NCBI GenBank assembly: GCA_947478395.1
Contig: CANJVR010000001.1
Span: forward strand, 1-64,000
DNA length: 64,000 nt
Origin: Opitutia bacterium
GTDB taxonomy: Bacteria; Verrucomicrobiota; Verrucomicrobiia; Opitutales; Opitutaceae
Direction: 5' to 3'
Under the pieces are notes generated by a model. That model searched no databases and was not told the DNA's origin. It saw only the letters and a program-made list of their open reading frames with translations. This document shows, one piece after another, positions 47,787 to 58,166 of the stretch. Position numbers and translations under genes: made by a program. How positions within the stretch are numbered: the first letter of the stretch is position 1; each line of letters starts with the position of its first letter.

Positions 47787-48589
47787 TGGCTCGATCCCGT
47801 CCATTTCCGTTTCTGCAACTGCTCCTGCCCGCCGTGGCCGGCGCGCTCGGCGTCGGTCTCTGGCAGATCGCCCATGCCGCGTTGTCGGACGATTTTCGTT
47901 TTTTGTTACCCGCGCCCGCTGCGGTTCTCGCCGCCTTTCAGGAACACGGAGCCGATCTCGGGCGGGCCACGCTTCATACGGCCGAAGGCGCCGTGCTCGG
48001 ATTCGCCGCCGCCGTGATTGTCAGCGCCACCCTGGCGTTGCTGCTCTCCCTTTCACCGCTGGTGCGCGCCACGTTTTACCCGTACCTGATGATTCTGCAG
48101 ATGACACCGATCATCGTTTTTGCGCCGATCCTCGTGCTCTGGGTCGGGCCGGGACTGAAAAGCGTCACGATCATCACCTTCCTCATCTGCTTTTTTCCGC
48201 TCGCGGTGAACACCACGCAAGGCCTCGTCTCCACCGACCGCAATCTCGTGGAGCTCTTCCGGCTTTATCGTGCGACCAAACTCCAGGAGATCGTGCGGCT
48301 CAGGATTCCCGCGGCCCTGCCATATTTCTTCACCGGCCTGCGCATCGCCGCCACGCTGGCTCCGATCGGCGCGCTCGTGGGCGACTACACCGCGGGCAGT
48401 TCGGCGGGCGATGGCGGCGGACTCGGTTTTCAAACGATCATTTACAGCAGTCAGGCGAAATACGCGGCGCTCTACGCGACGGCCATTATCTGTTGCGCCC
48501 TCGGTTTCATTTTTGTCGCCGGTGTGCTCGGCGTCAGCTGGCTCTGCCTCCACCACTGGCATGATTCCTACGCACGCACCGATAACTAA
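47786..48589 (+). CDS. NitT/TauT-family ABC transporter permease
   Basis: LPAP, QMTPIIVFAP, FFP...NTTQGL, LRIPAALPYFFTGLR. Confidence 0.92.
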   Translation: MARSRPFPFLQLLLPAVAGALGVGLWQIAHAALSDDFRFLLPAPAAVLAAFQEHGADLGRATLHTAEGAVLGFAAAVIVSATLALLLSLSPLVRATFYPYLMILQMTPIIVFAPILVLWVGPGLKSVTIITFLICFFPLAVNTTQGLVSTDRNLVELFRLYRATKLQEIVRLRIPAALPYFFTGLRIAATLAPIGALVGDYTAGSSAGDGGGLGFQTIIYSSQAKYAALYATAIICCALGFIFVAGVLGVSWLCLHHWHDSYARTDN

Positions 48590-48608
48590 AATAGGTCCGC
48601 CATCTAAA

Positions 48609-48728
48609 TGGTCATTCTGCACGAAATAAAAAATCCACTGGGACGCGGTCGAAGGGCGCTGCGCAGTCTCATCGGCTGGCCCGAGCCTAGCGCTGCGTTC
48701 GACCACTTCACTGCGCTCAGAATGACCA
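48609..48728. repeat. Intergenic element bounded by 11-bp inverted repeats TGGTCATTCTG / CAGAATGACCA
   Basis: Direct match of the ends; right end CTTCACTGCGCTCAGAATGAC resembles a widespread GTCATTCTGAGC-type REP-like repeat. Confidence 0.6.
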
Positions 48729-48804
48729 CCGTTGAAAACGCAGTTTAAGGTACTCCCTCCTTCACGTGATGCGTTAAATTAACGATCAAAGCCTTTTTCC
48801 TCCC

Positions 48805-49803
48805 ATGCTCACCTCCCGCTCCCTGCTCACCGGCGTCGCCGCGGTCCTGTGGTTCTCACCCTTCACCGTGCCCGCCTTGCTCAACGCGGCCGACCCGAAA
48901 GCCGCGCCGTTCAAACTTACCGTGCAACTCGACTGGGTCGCCGAGCCCGAGCACGGCGGATTCTATCAGGCGCAGGCCCGGGGCTTTTTCGCCGCCGAGG
49001 GTCTCGATGTGACCATCGTCCCCGGCGGACCCAACGCGTTCGTCGTGCAGAAAATCGCAACGGGACAGGCGGAGATCGGCCAGGGCGATAGCACTGACGC
49101 GCTCCAGAAAGTTGCCGAGGGTCTGCCGATCCTTTGTGTTGGAGCAGTTTTTCAAGACGATCCCTCCGGCCTGCTCGTCAACGCCGCGAGTTCCGTACAT
49201 CGGTTCGAGGACCTGCAGGGCAAGACCATCATTGCCCGTCCCGAGTGGACGTTCCTCGCGTTCCTGAAAAAGAAATACGGCCTCAAGGTAAACGTCGTTC
49301 CTCAGAATTTTTCGGTCGCTGCGCTGCTCGCGGACAAAGAGGCCATTCAGCAGGGCTATTCCATCGCCGAGCCGTATCACGTCGTGCACGCGGGCGGAGC
49401 CGCGCCGCGGTTTCTTTCGACGTGGGACGCCGGCTTTCGGGCCTACGCGGTGCTGCTCACCAATCGCAAATTCGCGCGCGAACATCCGGCCGAGTTGCGC
49501 GCGTTTCTGCGCGCTTACGTGAAAGGCTGGCGCGATTACCTCGAGGGCGACCCGACGCTGGCCCACGCCGCGATGAAGAAAGCGAATCCGAATCTCGACG
49601 CCGACTTTGCCCTCGCGTCGCGCCAGCTGATCATTGACGGCAAGCTCGTCACCGGCCGTGACGCCGGCGGCGGACCCGCCAATATCGGCCGGCTGACCGC
49701 CTCACGCTTTGCGACGCAAATTCAACAGCTCGAAGAACTCGCCGTCCTGCCGAAAGGCAAAATTAAGGTCGAACAAGCGATGACGACGGAATATCTGCCC
49801 TAA
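48805..49803 (+). CDS. NMT1/THI5-like ABC substrate-binding protein
   Basis: Signal peptide; QLDWVAEPEHGGFYQA..RGFF..EGLDV.I.PGGP. Confidence 0.88.
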   Translation: MLTSRSLLTGVAAVLWFSPFTVPALLNAADPKAAPFKLTVQLDWVAEPEHGGFYQAQARGFFAAEGLDVTIVPGGPNAFVVQKIATGQAEIGQGDSTDALQKVAEGLPILCVGAVFQDDPSGLLVNAASSVHRFEDLQGKTIIARPEWTFLAFLKKKYGLKVNVVPQNFSVAALLADKEAIQQGYSIAEPYHVVHAGGAAPRFLSTWDAGFRAYAVLLTNRKFAREHPAELRAFLRAYVKGWRDYLEGDPTLAHAAMKKANPNLDADFALASRQLIIDGKLVTGRDAGGGPANIGRLTASRFATQIQQLEELAVLPKGKIKVEQAMTTEYLP

Positions 49804-49883
49804 AACACGGGAAGCAGACTTGCTGCGCCCACTCCGCTTCGCTCCACTTCCGGCCTCGTTCCGTCGTCACCCCGCCCTAACCA

Positions 49884-51002
49884 ATGCCCGTCGGTCTCCG
49901 CGCTTTTTTTCGTTTTCAGGAAAGTGGCCTGCTGCTCGTCATCCTCGCCCTCGGCGTTCTGCTCACGGCCTTTGCCGGGACCGTGCGCACGCCGGTGTTT
50001 GAACGTGCGGCGGATGGCTCGCGCAGCCGGGTGTTCACAACCAACGCCGCCGGCGAACGCGTTCCGCTCACCGCCGAGAAAAATAAATTTCTCAACACCC
50101 AGAACCTCGCGCAGCTCGCCAAGGATACCAGCTTCATCGCGATCATGGCGGTCGGCATGGCCGTCGTCATCATTTCCGGCGGTATCGATCTCACGGTCGG
50201 CTCGATCTACGCTCTCGCCTCCGTCGTCGGCGCGCTCGTCCTGCATCGCTACGGCCCTGAAGCATCCGGCGCCAACGGTTCACCCGCGCTCGGCATCGTG
50301 CTCGGCGCCAGCGCGTGCGTCGGCGTCGCCGCGCTCTGTGGACTCATCACCGGCGGGCTGATCGTCGCGCTGCGCGTCCATCCGTTCATCATCACGCTCG
50401 GCGGCATGGCAATCCTCCGCGGCATCGCGTTTGTCATCACGAAGGGACAATCCGTCGGCAGTTTTCCCGCCGGCTTGCGCGATTTTGTCCGCTTCGAAAT
50501 CGGCGACGGTCTCAGCTTTGTTCCGCTCATGACGATGCTCGCCGTGCTATTTGTCGGCTGGATTTTCCTTTCGCGCCTCGCCGCCGGCCGGCGCGTCTAC
50601 GCGATTGGGGGCAACGAACTTGCCGCGCGTTTCAGCGGCATCCGCGTCGAGCGCGTGAAGCTCGGCGTGTATCTTATCAGCGGCCTATGCGCGGGCATCG
50701 CCGCCTTGCTTTCGCTTGGTTACTATGGCGCCGCCACTTCGGGCGACGGCCAGGGCTACGAACTCAATGTCATCGCGGCCGCCGTCGTGGGCGGCGCCAG
50801 TCTGACCGGCGGCCGCGGCTCGGCGCTCGGCGTGGTCCTAGGAGCATTGATCATTCAAATGATTTCCAGCGGCATCGTGATTCTTGGCATCGACCAGAAC
50901 TACAGCCAGATCATCATCGGTTCCGTCGTGATCGCCGCCGTCGTCTTGGACAACCTCAACACCTGGCTCGCCAAACGCCGCCTTACGGCCAAGGCCCACT
51001 GA
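49884..51002 (+). CDS. Monosaccharide ABC transporter permease (RbsC-like)
   Basis: IISGGIDLTVGS, PFIITLG, GRRVYAIGGNE.AA..SGI, YELNVIAAAVVGG.SL.GG.G. Confidence 0.93.
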   Translation: MPVGLRAFFRFQESGLLLVILALGVLLTAFAGTVRTPVFERAADGSRSRVFTTNAAGERVPLTAEKNKFLNTQNLAQLAKDTSFIAIMAVGMAVVIISGGIDLTVGSIYALASVVGALVLHRYGPEASGANGSPALGIVLGASACVGVAALCGLITGGLIVALRVHPFIITLGGMAILRGIAFVITKGQSVGSFPAGLRDFVRFEIGDGLSFVPLMTMLAVLFVGWIFLSRLAAGRRVYAIGGNELAARFSGIRVERVKLGVYLISGLCAGIAALLSLGYYGAATSGDGQGYELNVIAAAVVGGASLTGGRGSALGVVLGALIIQMISSGIVILGIDQNYSQIIIGSVVIAAVVLDNLNTWLAKRRLTAKAH

Positions 51003-51152
51003 CCTGCTCTATTGCCGCAAAAAAGCCCTAAAAAATCCAAGGGGTTCGCCTTGATCTCCAGCGCCCCTAAGGCGCAACGAAATCTCCGGCACAGCCATAA
51101 CCGAATTTTGTGACTCTTCGCGGCCAACCCGCCAAATCCTCTCCCTTTCCCC

Positions 51153-52121
51153 ATGAAAAAAAACCTCCAAATCCTCCTCGCCAGCTCGCTGCTGAGTCTC
51201 GCGGCTTTCACCGCTCACGCGGCTGATACTCCGCGCACCATCACCCTCGGCCTTGTCGCCAAATCCCAGGGCAATCCCGTCTTCCAAGCCGCTCGCGTCG
51301 GCGCCCAGGATGCGGCCAAGGAGTTGAGCGCAAAACTCCATCTCAACATCAAGATCGATTGGCGCACGCCGAACGAAGAAGACGCCCAGAAGCAGGCCGA
51401 GGCCATCGAACAACTCGTCCTTGCCGGGGCCGAGGGCATCGCGGTCAGTTGCTCCGACGCGAACAAGCTCACCGACGCCATCAACTCCGCCGTGAAAAAC
51501 GGCGTGCCCGTGGCCACCTTCGATTCCGACGCCCCCGCCAGCCAACGCTTCGTCACCTACGGCGTGGACGATATCGAGTGCGGCAAACAAACGATGGACG
51601 AGCTCGCCAAAATCATGAACGGACGCGGCATCGTCGCGATCCTCGCCGGCAACCAAAATGCCCCCAATCTCCAGAAGCGCGTGCAGGGCGCGAAAGAGGC
51701 CGCGAAGAAATATCCGGGCATCACGATCCGCGACACCTACTATCATAAAGAGACGCCCCAAGACGCCGCCGCGAAAGTCGAGCAAGTCATGCAGGCCAAT
51801 CCCGATATCGCGGGCTGGGCCATGATTGGCGGCTGGCCGCTCTTCACCGAGAACGCGCTGAAATGGCAACCCGGTACCGTGAAGTGCGTTTCGGTCGACG
51901 CACTGCCCGCCCAGCTTAATTACATCCGCAGCGGTCACGTCCCGGTCTTGCTCGCCCAACAATGCTACGAGTGGGGCCACAAGTCGGTCGAGCATCTCAT
52001 CAACAAGATCGTCCTGAAAAAAGATCCTGCCGCAGTCAAAGATGTCAGTGCCCTGATTCCCGTAACCAAGGAGAACGTTGATGCTTTCGCGAAGAACTGG
52101 GAAAAGTGGCTGCCAAAGTGA
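51153..52121 (+). CDS. Monosaccharide ABC substrate-binding protein (RbsB-like)
   Basis: Signal peptide; KSQGNPVF, PVATFDSD, NLQKR, VSVD, AQQ..EWG. Confidence 0.92.
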   Translation: MKKNLQILLASSLLSLAAFTAHAADTPRTITLGLVAKSQGNPVFQAARVGAQDAAKELSAKLHLNIKIDWRTPNEEDAQKQAEAIEQLVLAGAEGIAVSCSDANKLTDAINSAVKNGVPVATFDSDAPASQRFVTYGVDDIECGKQTMDELAKIMNGRGIVAILAGNQNAPNLQKRVQGAKEAAKKYPGITIRDTYYHKETPQDAAAKVEQVMQANPDIAGWAMIGGWPLFTENALKWQPGTVKCVSVDALPAQLNYIRSGHVPVLLAQQCYEWGHKSVEHLINKIVLKKDPAAVKDVSALIPVTKENVDAFAKNWEKWLPK

Positions 52122-52237
52122 GGCGCTTGGCGCATTACTTCGTTGAAGTTGAAAGTTTAAGTTGAAGTCAGCGATGCCTTACACCGAGCGGCAGCCGTGG
52201 CCTTAAACTTTTCCCTTAAACTTAGACTATCCCGCTG

Positions 52238-53731
52238 ATGTCCTTCCTGACTTTCAGCGGGATCACCAAACGCTTTCCCGGCGTGCTCGCGCTCGATGGC
52301 GTTTCTTTCGCCGTTGAGCGCGGGACGTGCCACGCCCTGATCGGCGAAAACGGCGCGGGCAAAAGTACGCTCGGGAAAATTCTCGCCGGGGTCTACACCG
52401 CCGATTCCGGCCAACTCCTGCGCGACGGCCAGCCCATCGCGCCGCACTCGCCCCTCGCCGCCCGCCAGCTCGGCATCGCGATGGTGCATCAGGAACTCGC
52501 GTTCTGCCCCAACCTCTCCGTCGCCGAAAATCTCTGCCTCGGCGATCTCCCGCGCCGCGCCGGCTTCGTCGATCGCGCCGCCCTCCGCGCGCGCGCCCGC
52601 GCGATGCTCGCGACGATTGGCGCCGAGATCGATCCCGACACGCTGATCGGCACGCTCTCCACGGGACGCGAACAACTCGTCCAAATCGCCGCCGCCGTCG
52701 GCACGGGCGCGCAAATCATCGTGATGGACGAGCCGACCAGTTCGCTCTCTGCCGCCGAGACCGCCGACCTTTTCCGCCTCATCCGCGTACTCAAAGGCCG
52801 CGGCCTTACGCTCATCTACGTTTCGCACCGCATGGATGAACTCTTCGCTTTGTGCGACAACATCACGGTCCTCCGCGACGGCCGCCACATCGCGACTGAG
52901 TCCATCGCCGCGACCACTCCCGCGCGCGTGGTCACGCAAATGATCGGCCGCGAACTCATCGCACAAACGCCCGCCCATCTCACGCGCGAACTCGGGACCA
53001 TTCGCCTCGAAATCAACGCCCTCGCGTCACCGGGCAAATTTTCCGACATCGCGCTCTCCGTTCGCGCCGGCGAAATCGTGGGCCTTGCGGGTATCGTGGG
53101 CGCCGGTCGCAGCGAAGTGGTTCAAGCGGTCTTCGGCCTCGATCCCGAAGCCACCGGCGCCATTCGCATTCACGATCGTCTCCTGCCCCTTGGTTCGGTC
53201 GAGCACGCGCTCGAAGCCGGCGTCGGCCTTGTTCCGGAAGATCGCAAACGGCAGGGGCTGGTCCTCGGACTCAACTGTCGCGAGAATACCGCGCTCGCCT
53301 CGCTGCCGCGCCTTTCGACTTTCGGTTGGATGCGACGTAGTACGGAACGCTCGCTCGCCGAGCGGTACGCGAAACGTCTGCGCCTGAAAACGCCGTCAAT
53401 CGACGCCATCACCGCCGGTCTCAGCGGCGGCAACCAGCAAAAAATCGCCCTCGCGAAATGGCTCGCCCGCGATTGTGACGTGCTGCTCATCGATGAGCCG
53501 ACGCGTGGAGTCGATGTTGGCGCGAAGGCTGAGATTTACCAACTCCTCGACGAACTCGCCTGCGAAGGCAAAGCGCTACTGGTCGTCTCCTCTGAATTAC
53601 CCGAGTTAATCGGCCTATGCCGTCGCATCCTCGTGATGCGTGAAGGCCGGCTGGCCGGTGAAGTGCCGCGCGCCGATTTCAGCGAAGCCGCTCTGATGCG
53701 TCTGATGGCCGGCGTCGCGGCCGCCGCCTAG
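52238..53731 (+). CDS. Monosaccharide ABC ATP-binding protein (RbsA-like, two NBDs)
   Basis: GENGAGKST, MDEPT, PEDRK, LSGGNQQK, DEPTRGVDVGAK, SSELPEL. Confidence 0.95.
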   Translation: MSFLTFSGITKRFPGVLALDGVSFAVERGTCHALIGENGAGKSTLGKILAGVYTADSGQLLRDGQPIAPHSPLAARQLGIAMVHQELAFCPNLSVAENLCLGDLPRRAGFVDRAALRARARAMLATIGAEIDPDTLIGTLSTGREQLVQIAAAVGTGAQIIVMDEPTSSLSAAETADLFRLIRVLKGRGLTLIYVSHRMDELFALCDNITVLRDGRHIATESIAATTPARVVTQMIGRELIAQTPAHLTRELGTIRLEINALASPGKFSDIALSVRAGEIVGLAGIVGAGRSEVVQAVFGLDPEATGAIRIHDRLLPLGSVEHALEAGVGLVPEDRKRQGLVLGLNCRENTALASLPRLSTFGWMRRSTERSLAERYAKRLRLKTPSIDAITAGLSGGNQQKIALAKWLARDCDVLLIDEPTRGVDVGAKAEIYQLLDELACEGKALLVVSSELPELIGLCRRILVMREGRLAGEVPRADFSEAALMRLMAGVAAAA

Positions 53732-53866
53732 AACGGCTTAAACCAAAGCGTAGCCACGAGCGATGTAGCCGCCAGCGGCCCGGCGGGCCAAAACAAGGAA
53801 TTCGAACCCGGCAGGCCGAGACGCCCGCCGCGCCCCAAAACGGCCGCGGGAAACTTAAACCGCCCT
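53730..53866 (-). mobile_element. MITE-like TIR element, copy 3 (137 bp, degenerate REPs)
   Basis: Reverse complement aligns end to end with 19964-20101; one end overlaps the TAG stop of the ATPase gene. Confidence 0.7.
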
Positions 53867-54100
53867 TGATCAGGCGCGCGGCGGTCGGCCACGGAGGATA
53901 TTTGAATCCTCGAGGGAGCGGTCGTGTGGCAAGCGCACTGACTCACGACGCCGACCTGCCGATCGCCCCCGCGCTTCGCCGCAGATCACCCGGAATCCAC
54001 CGGGAAGTTTTTAGCCGTGAGTCGACCCGCGCAAAATCTGCGTCGTTTCCGGCAATCTGCGCGCAGCGAATCAGCCGCTCCAGCCGTATAATATCGCGTC

Positions 54101-54571
54101 ATGAAAACCATCCTCGCCCCGATCGATTTTTCGGCCGTCAGCAATTCCGTCATCGACGCCGCTCGTATGCTCGCCCGCGCCGTCAATGGCCGCATTGTCA
54201 TTCTCAGCGTCGTACAGCCGCCCGTCATCACCGGTGACTTCAGCCCAATGTTGGAAAATATCGGCGCGATCATCGACCACCAGGAAAAGACCGTGAGCCG
54301 GCATTTGAGCCGTCTCGCGCAACGGCTCGCCACGCCCACGCTTTCCATCGAAACCGTCCGGGACACAGGCCTGCCAGCACCGCTGATTTTGGAGCAGGCC
54401 AAAAAATGTGACGCCGACTACATCGTCATGGGCTCGCACGGACACACGGCGCTCTACGATTTGATCGTCGGCAGCACCACGCACCAAGTGCTCAAGAAAG
54501 CGGGCTGCCCCGTGATGATTGTACCGCCGCCCATGAAAAAAGCGGCCCGGCGCAAAGCCAAAACGCGTTGA
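54101..54571 (+). CDS. Universal stress protein
   Basis: MKTILAPIDFS, ADYIVMGSHGH, VGSTT..VL, CPVMIVP. Confidence 0.94.
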   Translation: MKTILAPIDFSAVSNSVIDAARMLARAVNGRIVILSVVQPPVITGDFSPMLENIGAIIDHQEKTVSRHLSRLAQRLATPTLSIETVRDTGLPAPLILEQAKKCDADYIVMGSHGHTALYDLIVGSTTHQVLKKAGCPVMIVPPPMKKAARRKAKTR

Positions 54572-54594
54572 GCCGCCGCTCAGCCGCTGCGGCC

Positions 54595-54619
54595 GAATGT
54601 CACTTAATAGGTGACATTC
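54595..54619. repeat. Palindrome GAATGTCACTTA-A-TAGGTGACATTC, same core as 1-35
   Basis: Read directly; one mismatch relative to ATGTCACCTAATAGGTGACAT. Confidence 0.8.
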
Positions 54620-54721
54620 CCCCGCGGGCATTTGCCGGAAACGCGGGCCGCCTGCTTTTCGCCTGAGGGACGCAGACTTGCAGCCCTCCCGTTCGCGCCC
54701 GACTATCTCGCCTCAATTGCC

Positions 54722-56023
54722 ATGAGCGCAGACGCCGCGAACTTATCTTCCGTTCGAGACTCCATCGCCCTTCGCCGCGCCCGCATCGCCGCCGTCGTTC
54801 CGCTCGATGACGCCCTGCTCATTGTTGCTGCCGGCGATCCCGTTCACCTGCCGGAAAATTCGGATCAGACTTACCCTTTCCGGAGCCACGCCGAATATTA
54901 CTACCTCACCGGTCAGGAGTGTCCGGGCGGCATCCTCGCCTACGATCCGCTCGATCGCCGGTGGATCTCGTTTGTCCCCGCGATCACGGAAGCCGAAAAA
55001 ATTTGGGAGGCCCGCGCCCAGCTTTCCGGCACGCCATTGCCTGAATTCGCTTCCTGGTTCCGCGCCCGCCGTGGCCGTCGTGTGGCCAATCTCGGCGCGC
55101 TCGTCGCCGCCCTGGGCTTCGACGAAGAACTTACCACTCTCGTGCGCGATCATTTTCAGCACGCCCGTCGCGCCAAAGACGCCGGCGAACTCGCCCTCAT
55201 GCGCCGCGCCGTCGCCGCCACGGCGGCTGGTTTCGAAAAACTTTGCGCGGCGCTTCGCCCCGGCATTTCCGAGCGGGCACTGCAGATCGAAATCGAAGCG
55301 GAATTTCTCCGCCATGGCGCGACCCGCACTGGCTACGATACGATCGTCGGTGGGGGATCGAATTCCGCCGTACTCCATTTTCAACCCACCGCCCGCGCCG
55401 TCCGCGAGGGCGAGTTCGTGCTCGTCGATGCCGGAGCGGAGGTCGACCGTTATGTGGCTGATGTCACCCGCACATTCGTCGTCGGCCGACCCAACGCGTT
55501 TCAACGCGATCTTTACCAGATCGTGCTCGCCGCCCAGGAACGCGCCATCACCCGGTGCGTCGCCGGCGCCGAGTGGAAAAGCCTCCACCTCGCCTGCGCC
55601 ACCGATCTCGTCGATGGCCTGATTTCCGTCGGGGTGCTGCGCGGAAAGGCCCACGCGCTGATCGAACAGGAAGCCCACGCGCTCTTTTTTCCCCATGGGC
55701 TTGGTCACCTCGTCGGCCTCGGCGTGCGCGACGCCAGCGGTTTGGCCATCGGCCGGCGCCAAGACCATCGCCCCTCGCTGCGCATGCTGCGCCTCGATCT
55801 TCCGCTCCAAGCGGGCTACGTCGTCACCGTCGAACCCGGCCTCTATTTTATTCCACCGCTGCTCAACGACCCCGCCCGCCGCGCGCGCTTTCACGACAGC
55901 GTCAACTGGCCGCTCGTCGACCAGCACCTCGGCCTCGGTGGAGTTCGCATCGAGGACAACATTCTCGTCACCGGCGGCGCGCCGGAAAACCTAACCGCGG
56001 CGATCGCCAAGACGCTCGCCTGA
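54722..56023 (+). CDS. Xaa-Pro aminopeptidase/prolidase (M24B)
   Basis: YPFR, YYLTG, AVLH, VDAG, ADVTRTF, HGLGH.VG, TVEPGLY, GVRIEDN. Confidence 0.92.
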   Translation: MSADAANLSSVRDSIALRRARIAAVVPLDDALLIVAAGDPVHLPENSDQTYPFRSHAEYYYLTGQECPGGILAYDPLDRRWISFVPAITEAEKIWEARAQLSGTPLPEFASWFRARRGRRVANLGALVAALGFDEELTTLVRDHFQHARRAKDAGELALMRRAVAATAAGFEKLCAALRPGISERALQIEIEAEFLRHGATRTGYDTIVGGGSNSAVLHFQPTARAVREGEFVLVDAGAEVDRYVADVTRTFVVGRPNAFQRDLYQIVLAAQERAITRCVAGAEWKSLHLACATDLVDGLISVGVLRGKAHALIEQEAHALFFPHGLGHLVGLGVRDASGLAIGRRQDHRPSLRMLRLDLPLQAGYVVTVEPGLYFIPPLLNDPARRARFHDSVNWPLVDQHLGLGGVRIEDNILVTGGAPENLTAAIAKTLA

Positions 56024-56460
56024 TCGGCCGGGACAACAGCGAAATTCGCGGAATCTTTATCTGCAATTTCACGACTTTTAAGTCGGCGAGGCCGGCCTCG
56101 GTGGGGTGAAACTCTCGCGCAGCCGGGCTAACTTTCGTTCAGCGAAACTCATTTAGAAACGCCCCTTGGGTGCCGATGTCGTCCGATTCCCGGCATCATT
56201 CGCCGGCGCCTGACGACTCCACCTCGAAGGCGCGAATCCGACGCACCCGCGAAAGGGGATTGGTATCTACCGCGTGCCGCTGAAATTGCGCGCTTGCGAC
56301 CCGCGCGAAACAGGCGGGCGGCCGAGCGTGCGACCACCGAACCGGTGCATCAGACCGCGGGCGCGCGCTCAACCGGCAGGAATCCCTCTGGGATCGGACC
56401 AGGATCAACCCAGACGATTTTTCGTGGACAACCTCACGCCAGCCCTTCTTTTTTCTCCGC

Positions 56461-56697
56461 ATGTCTTCGCCGCTCGGAAAACTCACTTCGCCCGTCAGCC
56501 TCGCCGTCGATGCCGTGCTGGTCGCCGCTTTTTTCGCCTATCTCTATACGCTCGTTGCGCCGCACGTCCCCTCCCGCGATCCCAAGATGATCATGTTCTT
56601 CGGCGCGGCGTGCGCGGCGTGTATGTCGGGTGTTTTTTGGCTCGCGGTGCAGATGTTCCGCGTGGTCCTGAAAGCCCAGTTGCAGGCCAAGAAGTAA
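56461..56697 (+). CDS. Small two-TM hypothetical protein (78 aa)
   Basis: Two hydrophobic helices joined by PHVPSRDP; host-like codon use; pyrimidine-rich leader like other genes here. Confidence 0.7.
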   Translation: MSSPLGKLTSPVSLAVDAVLVAAFFAYLYTLVAPHVPSRDPKMIMFFGAACAACMSGVFWLAVQMFRVVLKAQLQAKK

Positions 56698-56899
56698 ATC
56701 GGCCCGCGTTTTCCACTCTACCTTCGCGCACGACTCAACTCGTGCGCTTTTTTGTGCCGTCGTGCGGCGCTTCGAGCCCGCGTTCGGATCGATCCGCGCT
56801 GTGAGTTGAAGAGGAAAACGGCGCAGGAGCGCAGCCGCCCTCGGCTGCAATCAGATCAGAAATGCGGCCGGGGGCGGCCGCGCTCCCGGGCTAAGCCTC

Positions 56900-57016
56900 A
56901 AACGGTAGTGCAGCGGCAGGGCGTCTCTGCCTGCCGCATTCAGCGTCATCATTTCGGCAGGCAGGGACGCCTGCCGCTACGTCGTTAGCGGCTACGCTTT
57001 TGGCTACACCGCGCTA
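56900..57016 (+). mobile_element. MITE-like element, copy 4 (left end degenerate)
   Basis: REPs at 56910-56935 and 56956-56980, followed by GTCGTTAGCGGCTACGCTTTTGGCTACACCGCGCTA matching the right arm of the other copies. Confidence 0.65.
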
Positions 57017-57023
57017 GTGTCCC

Positions 57024-57839
57024 CTAGCTATTGTTCCGCTGCGTCCGGCGTTTTTCGACGCGCGTCGAAGCGAGGATCGCAAGTTCGTAGAGCAGATAAA
57101 GCGGCAACGCGTAGATCGTCATGATGAACGGATCGGGCGTCGGGGTGACGACTGCGGCGATAATGAAAATCAGCACGATCGCATGCCGGCGATATTTGCG
57201 CAGAAACGCCGTCGAAATCAGGCCGAGCCAAACCAAGAGCAGGATGACCAGCGGAAATTCAAACGAAGCGCCCGTGCCCAACACCAACCACGTGAGCATG
57301 CTGTAATAGCTCCCCGGGGTCCAACGCGTCGTGTATTCGAAATAGTCGTTCAACTCAATCGACACCTTGACCGTGCTCGGCACCAGCAGGAGAAAGCTAA
57401 ACGTCGCACCAATCGCGAAGAGAATGCCCGCGGCCACACACATCGGGAGCACCGCCTTCATTTCCTTCTTCGTCAGCGCCGGGGAGACAAACTGCGCGAC
57501 GAAAAAAAGGCAGAAAGGCGCAGCGAGAAAGAATCCGCCGAAAATGCACATCTGGATCGCGACGTTAAATCCCTCCATGATCGTCACCGTACCCAGCTTC
57601 TCGAAGGTTCTGCCCGGATAGGACGCCCAGACGGAAGTCAACGGCCACTCCAGGACGTGCTTAAACTCGAGGAGGAAATATCCGATCAGGCTGGCGAAGA
57701 CCACGAACGTGATCGTGCACTTGATCAGCGTCCAACGCAGGTCCTCCAGATGATCAAAAAAGCCCATCGCCTTTTCGCGCGGGGAAATCTCGGCGTCGGC
57801 GGACTTGGTTTGGGAGTCGGATTGGTCGTCGGTGCTCAC
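57024..57839 (-). CDS. tatC: Twin-arginine translocase subunit TatC (start GTG 57839; the ORF runs to 57881)
   Basis: MGFFDHLEDLR, FVSPAL...E, FEFP, RRHA, AAVVTPTPD, LYE. Confidence 0.95.
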   Translation of the reverse strand: MSTDDQSDSQTKSADAEISPREKAMGFFDHLEDLRWTLIKCTITFVVFASLIGYFLLEFKHVLEWPLTSVWASYPGRTFEKLGTVTIMEGFNVAIQMCIFGGFFLAAPFCLFFVAQFVSPALTKKEMKAVLPMCVAAGILFAIGATFSFLLLVPSTVKVSIELNDYFEYTTRWTPGSYYSMLTWLVLGTGASFEFPLVILLLVWLGLISTAFLRKYRRHAIVLIFIIAAVVTPTPDPFIMTIYALPLYLLYELAILASTRVEKRRTQRNNS

Positions 57840-58166
57840 GAGATGGAAAAGGGAAGGCGGATGGTGGGAGATTTTTTCCAAAACGGAAGCGCGATTGCGT
57901 CCCCACCTTCCGGTTGCCGTGCGCCCGCGCTACACCCAGCAAAAAACACCAGGCAAATTCCCTCGGTGAGACCGCTTAACCGAGAGCGGCCGGAAAGGGT
58001 TGGGGCTGACTATGCACCATTACGGCCCGCCGTGCTTGAACAAACCCAGCCACAACCTCGCCGTGCGTCCTCCTGCGCCGTTGACAGCCCGGGACGCGGG
58101 CGTTTTGCATCTTCCCTTCTGCGTCCGTCGCAGCTGTCCGTTTTTTTAACCGCATAACTCCTCCAC

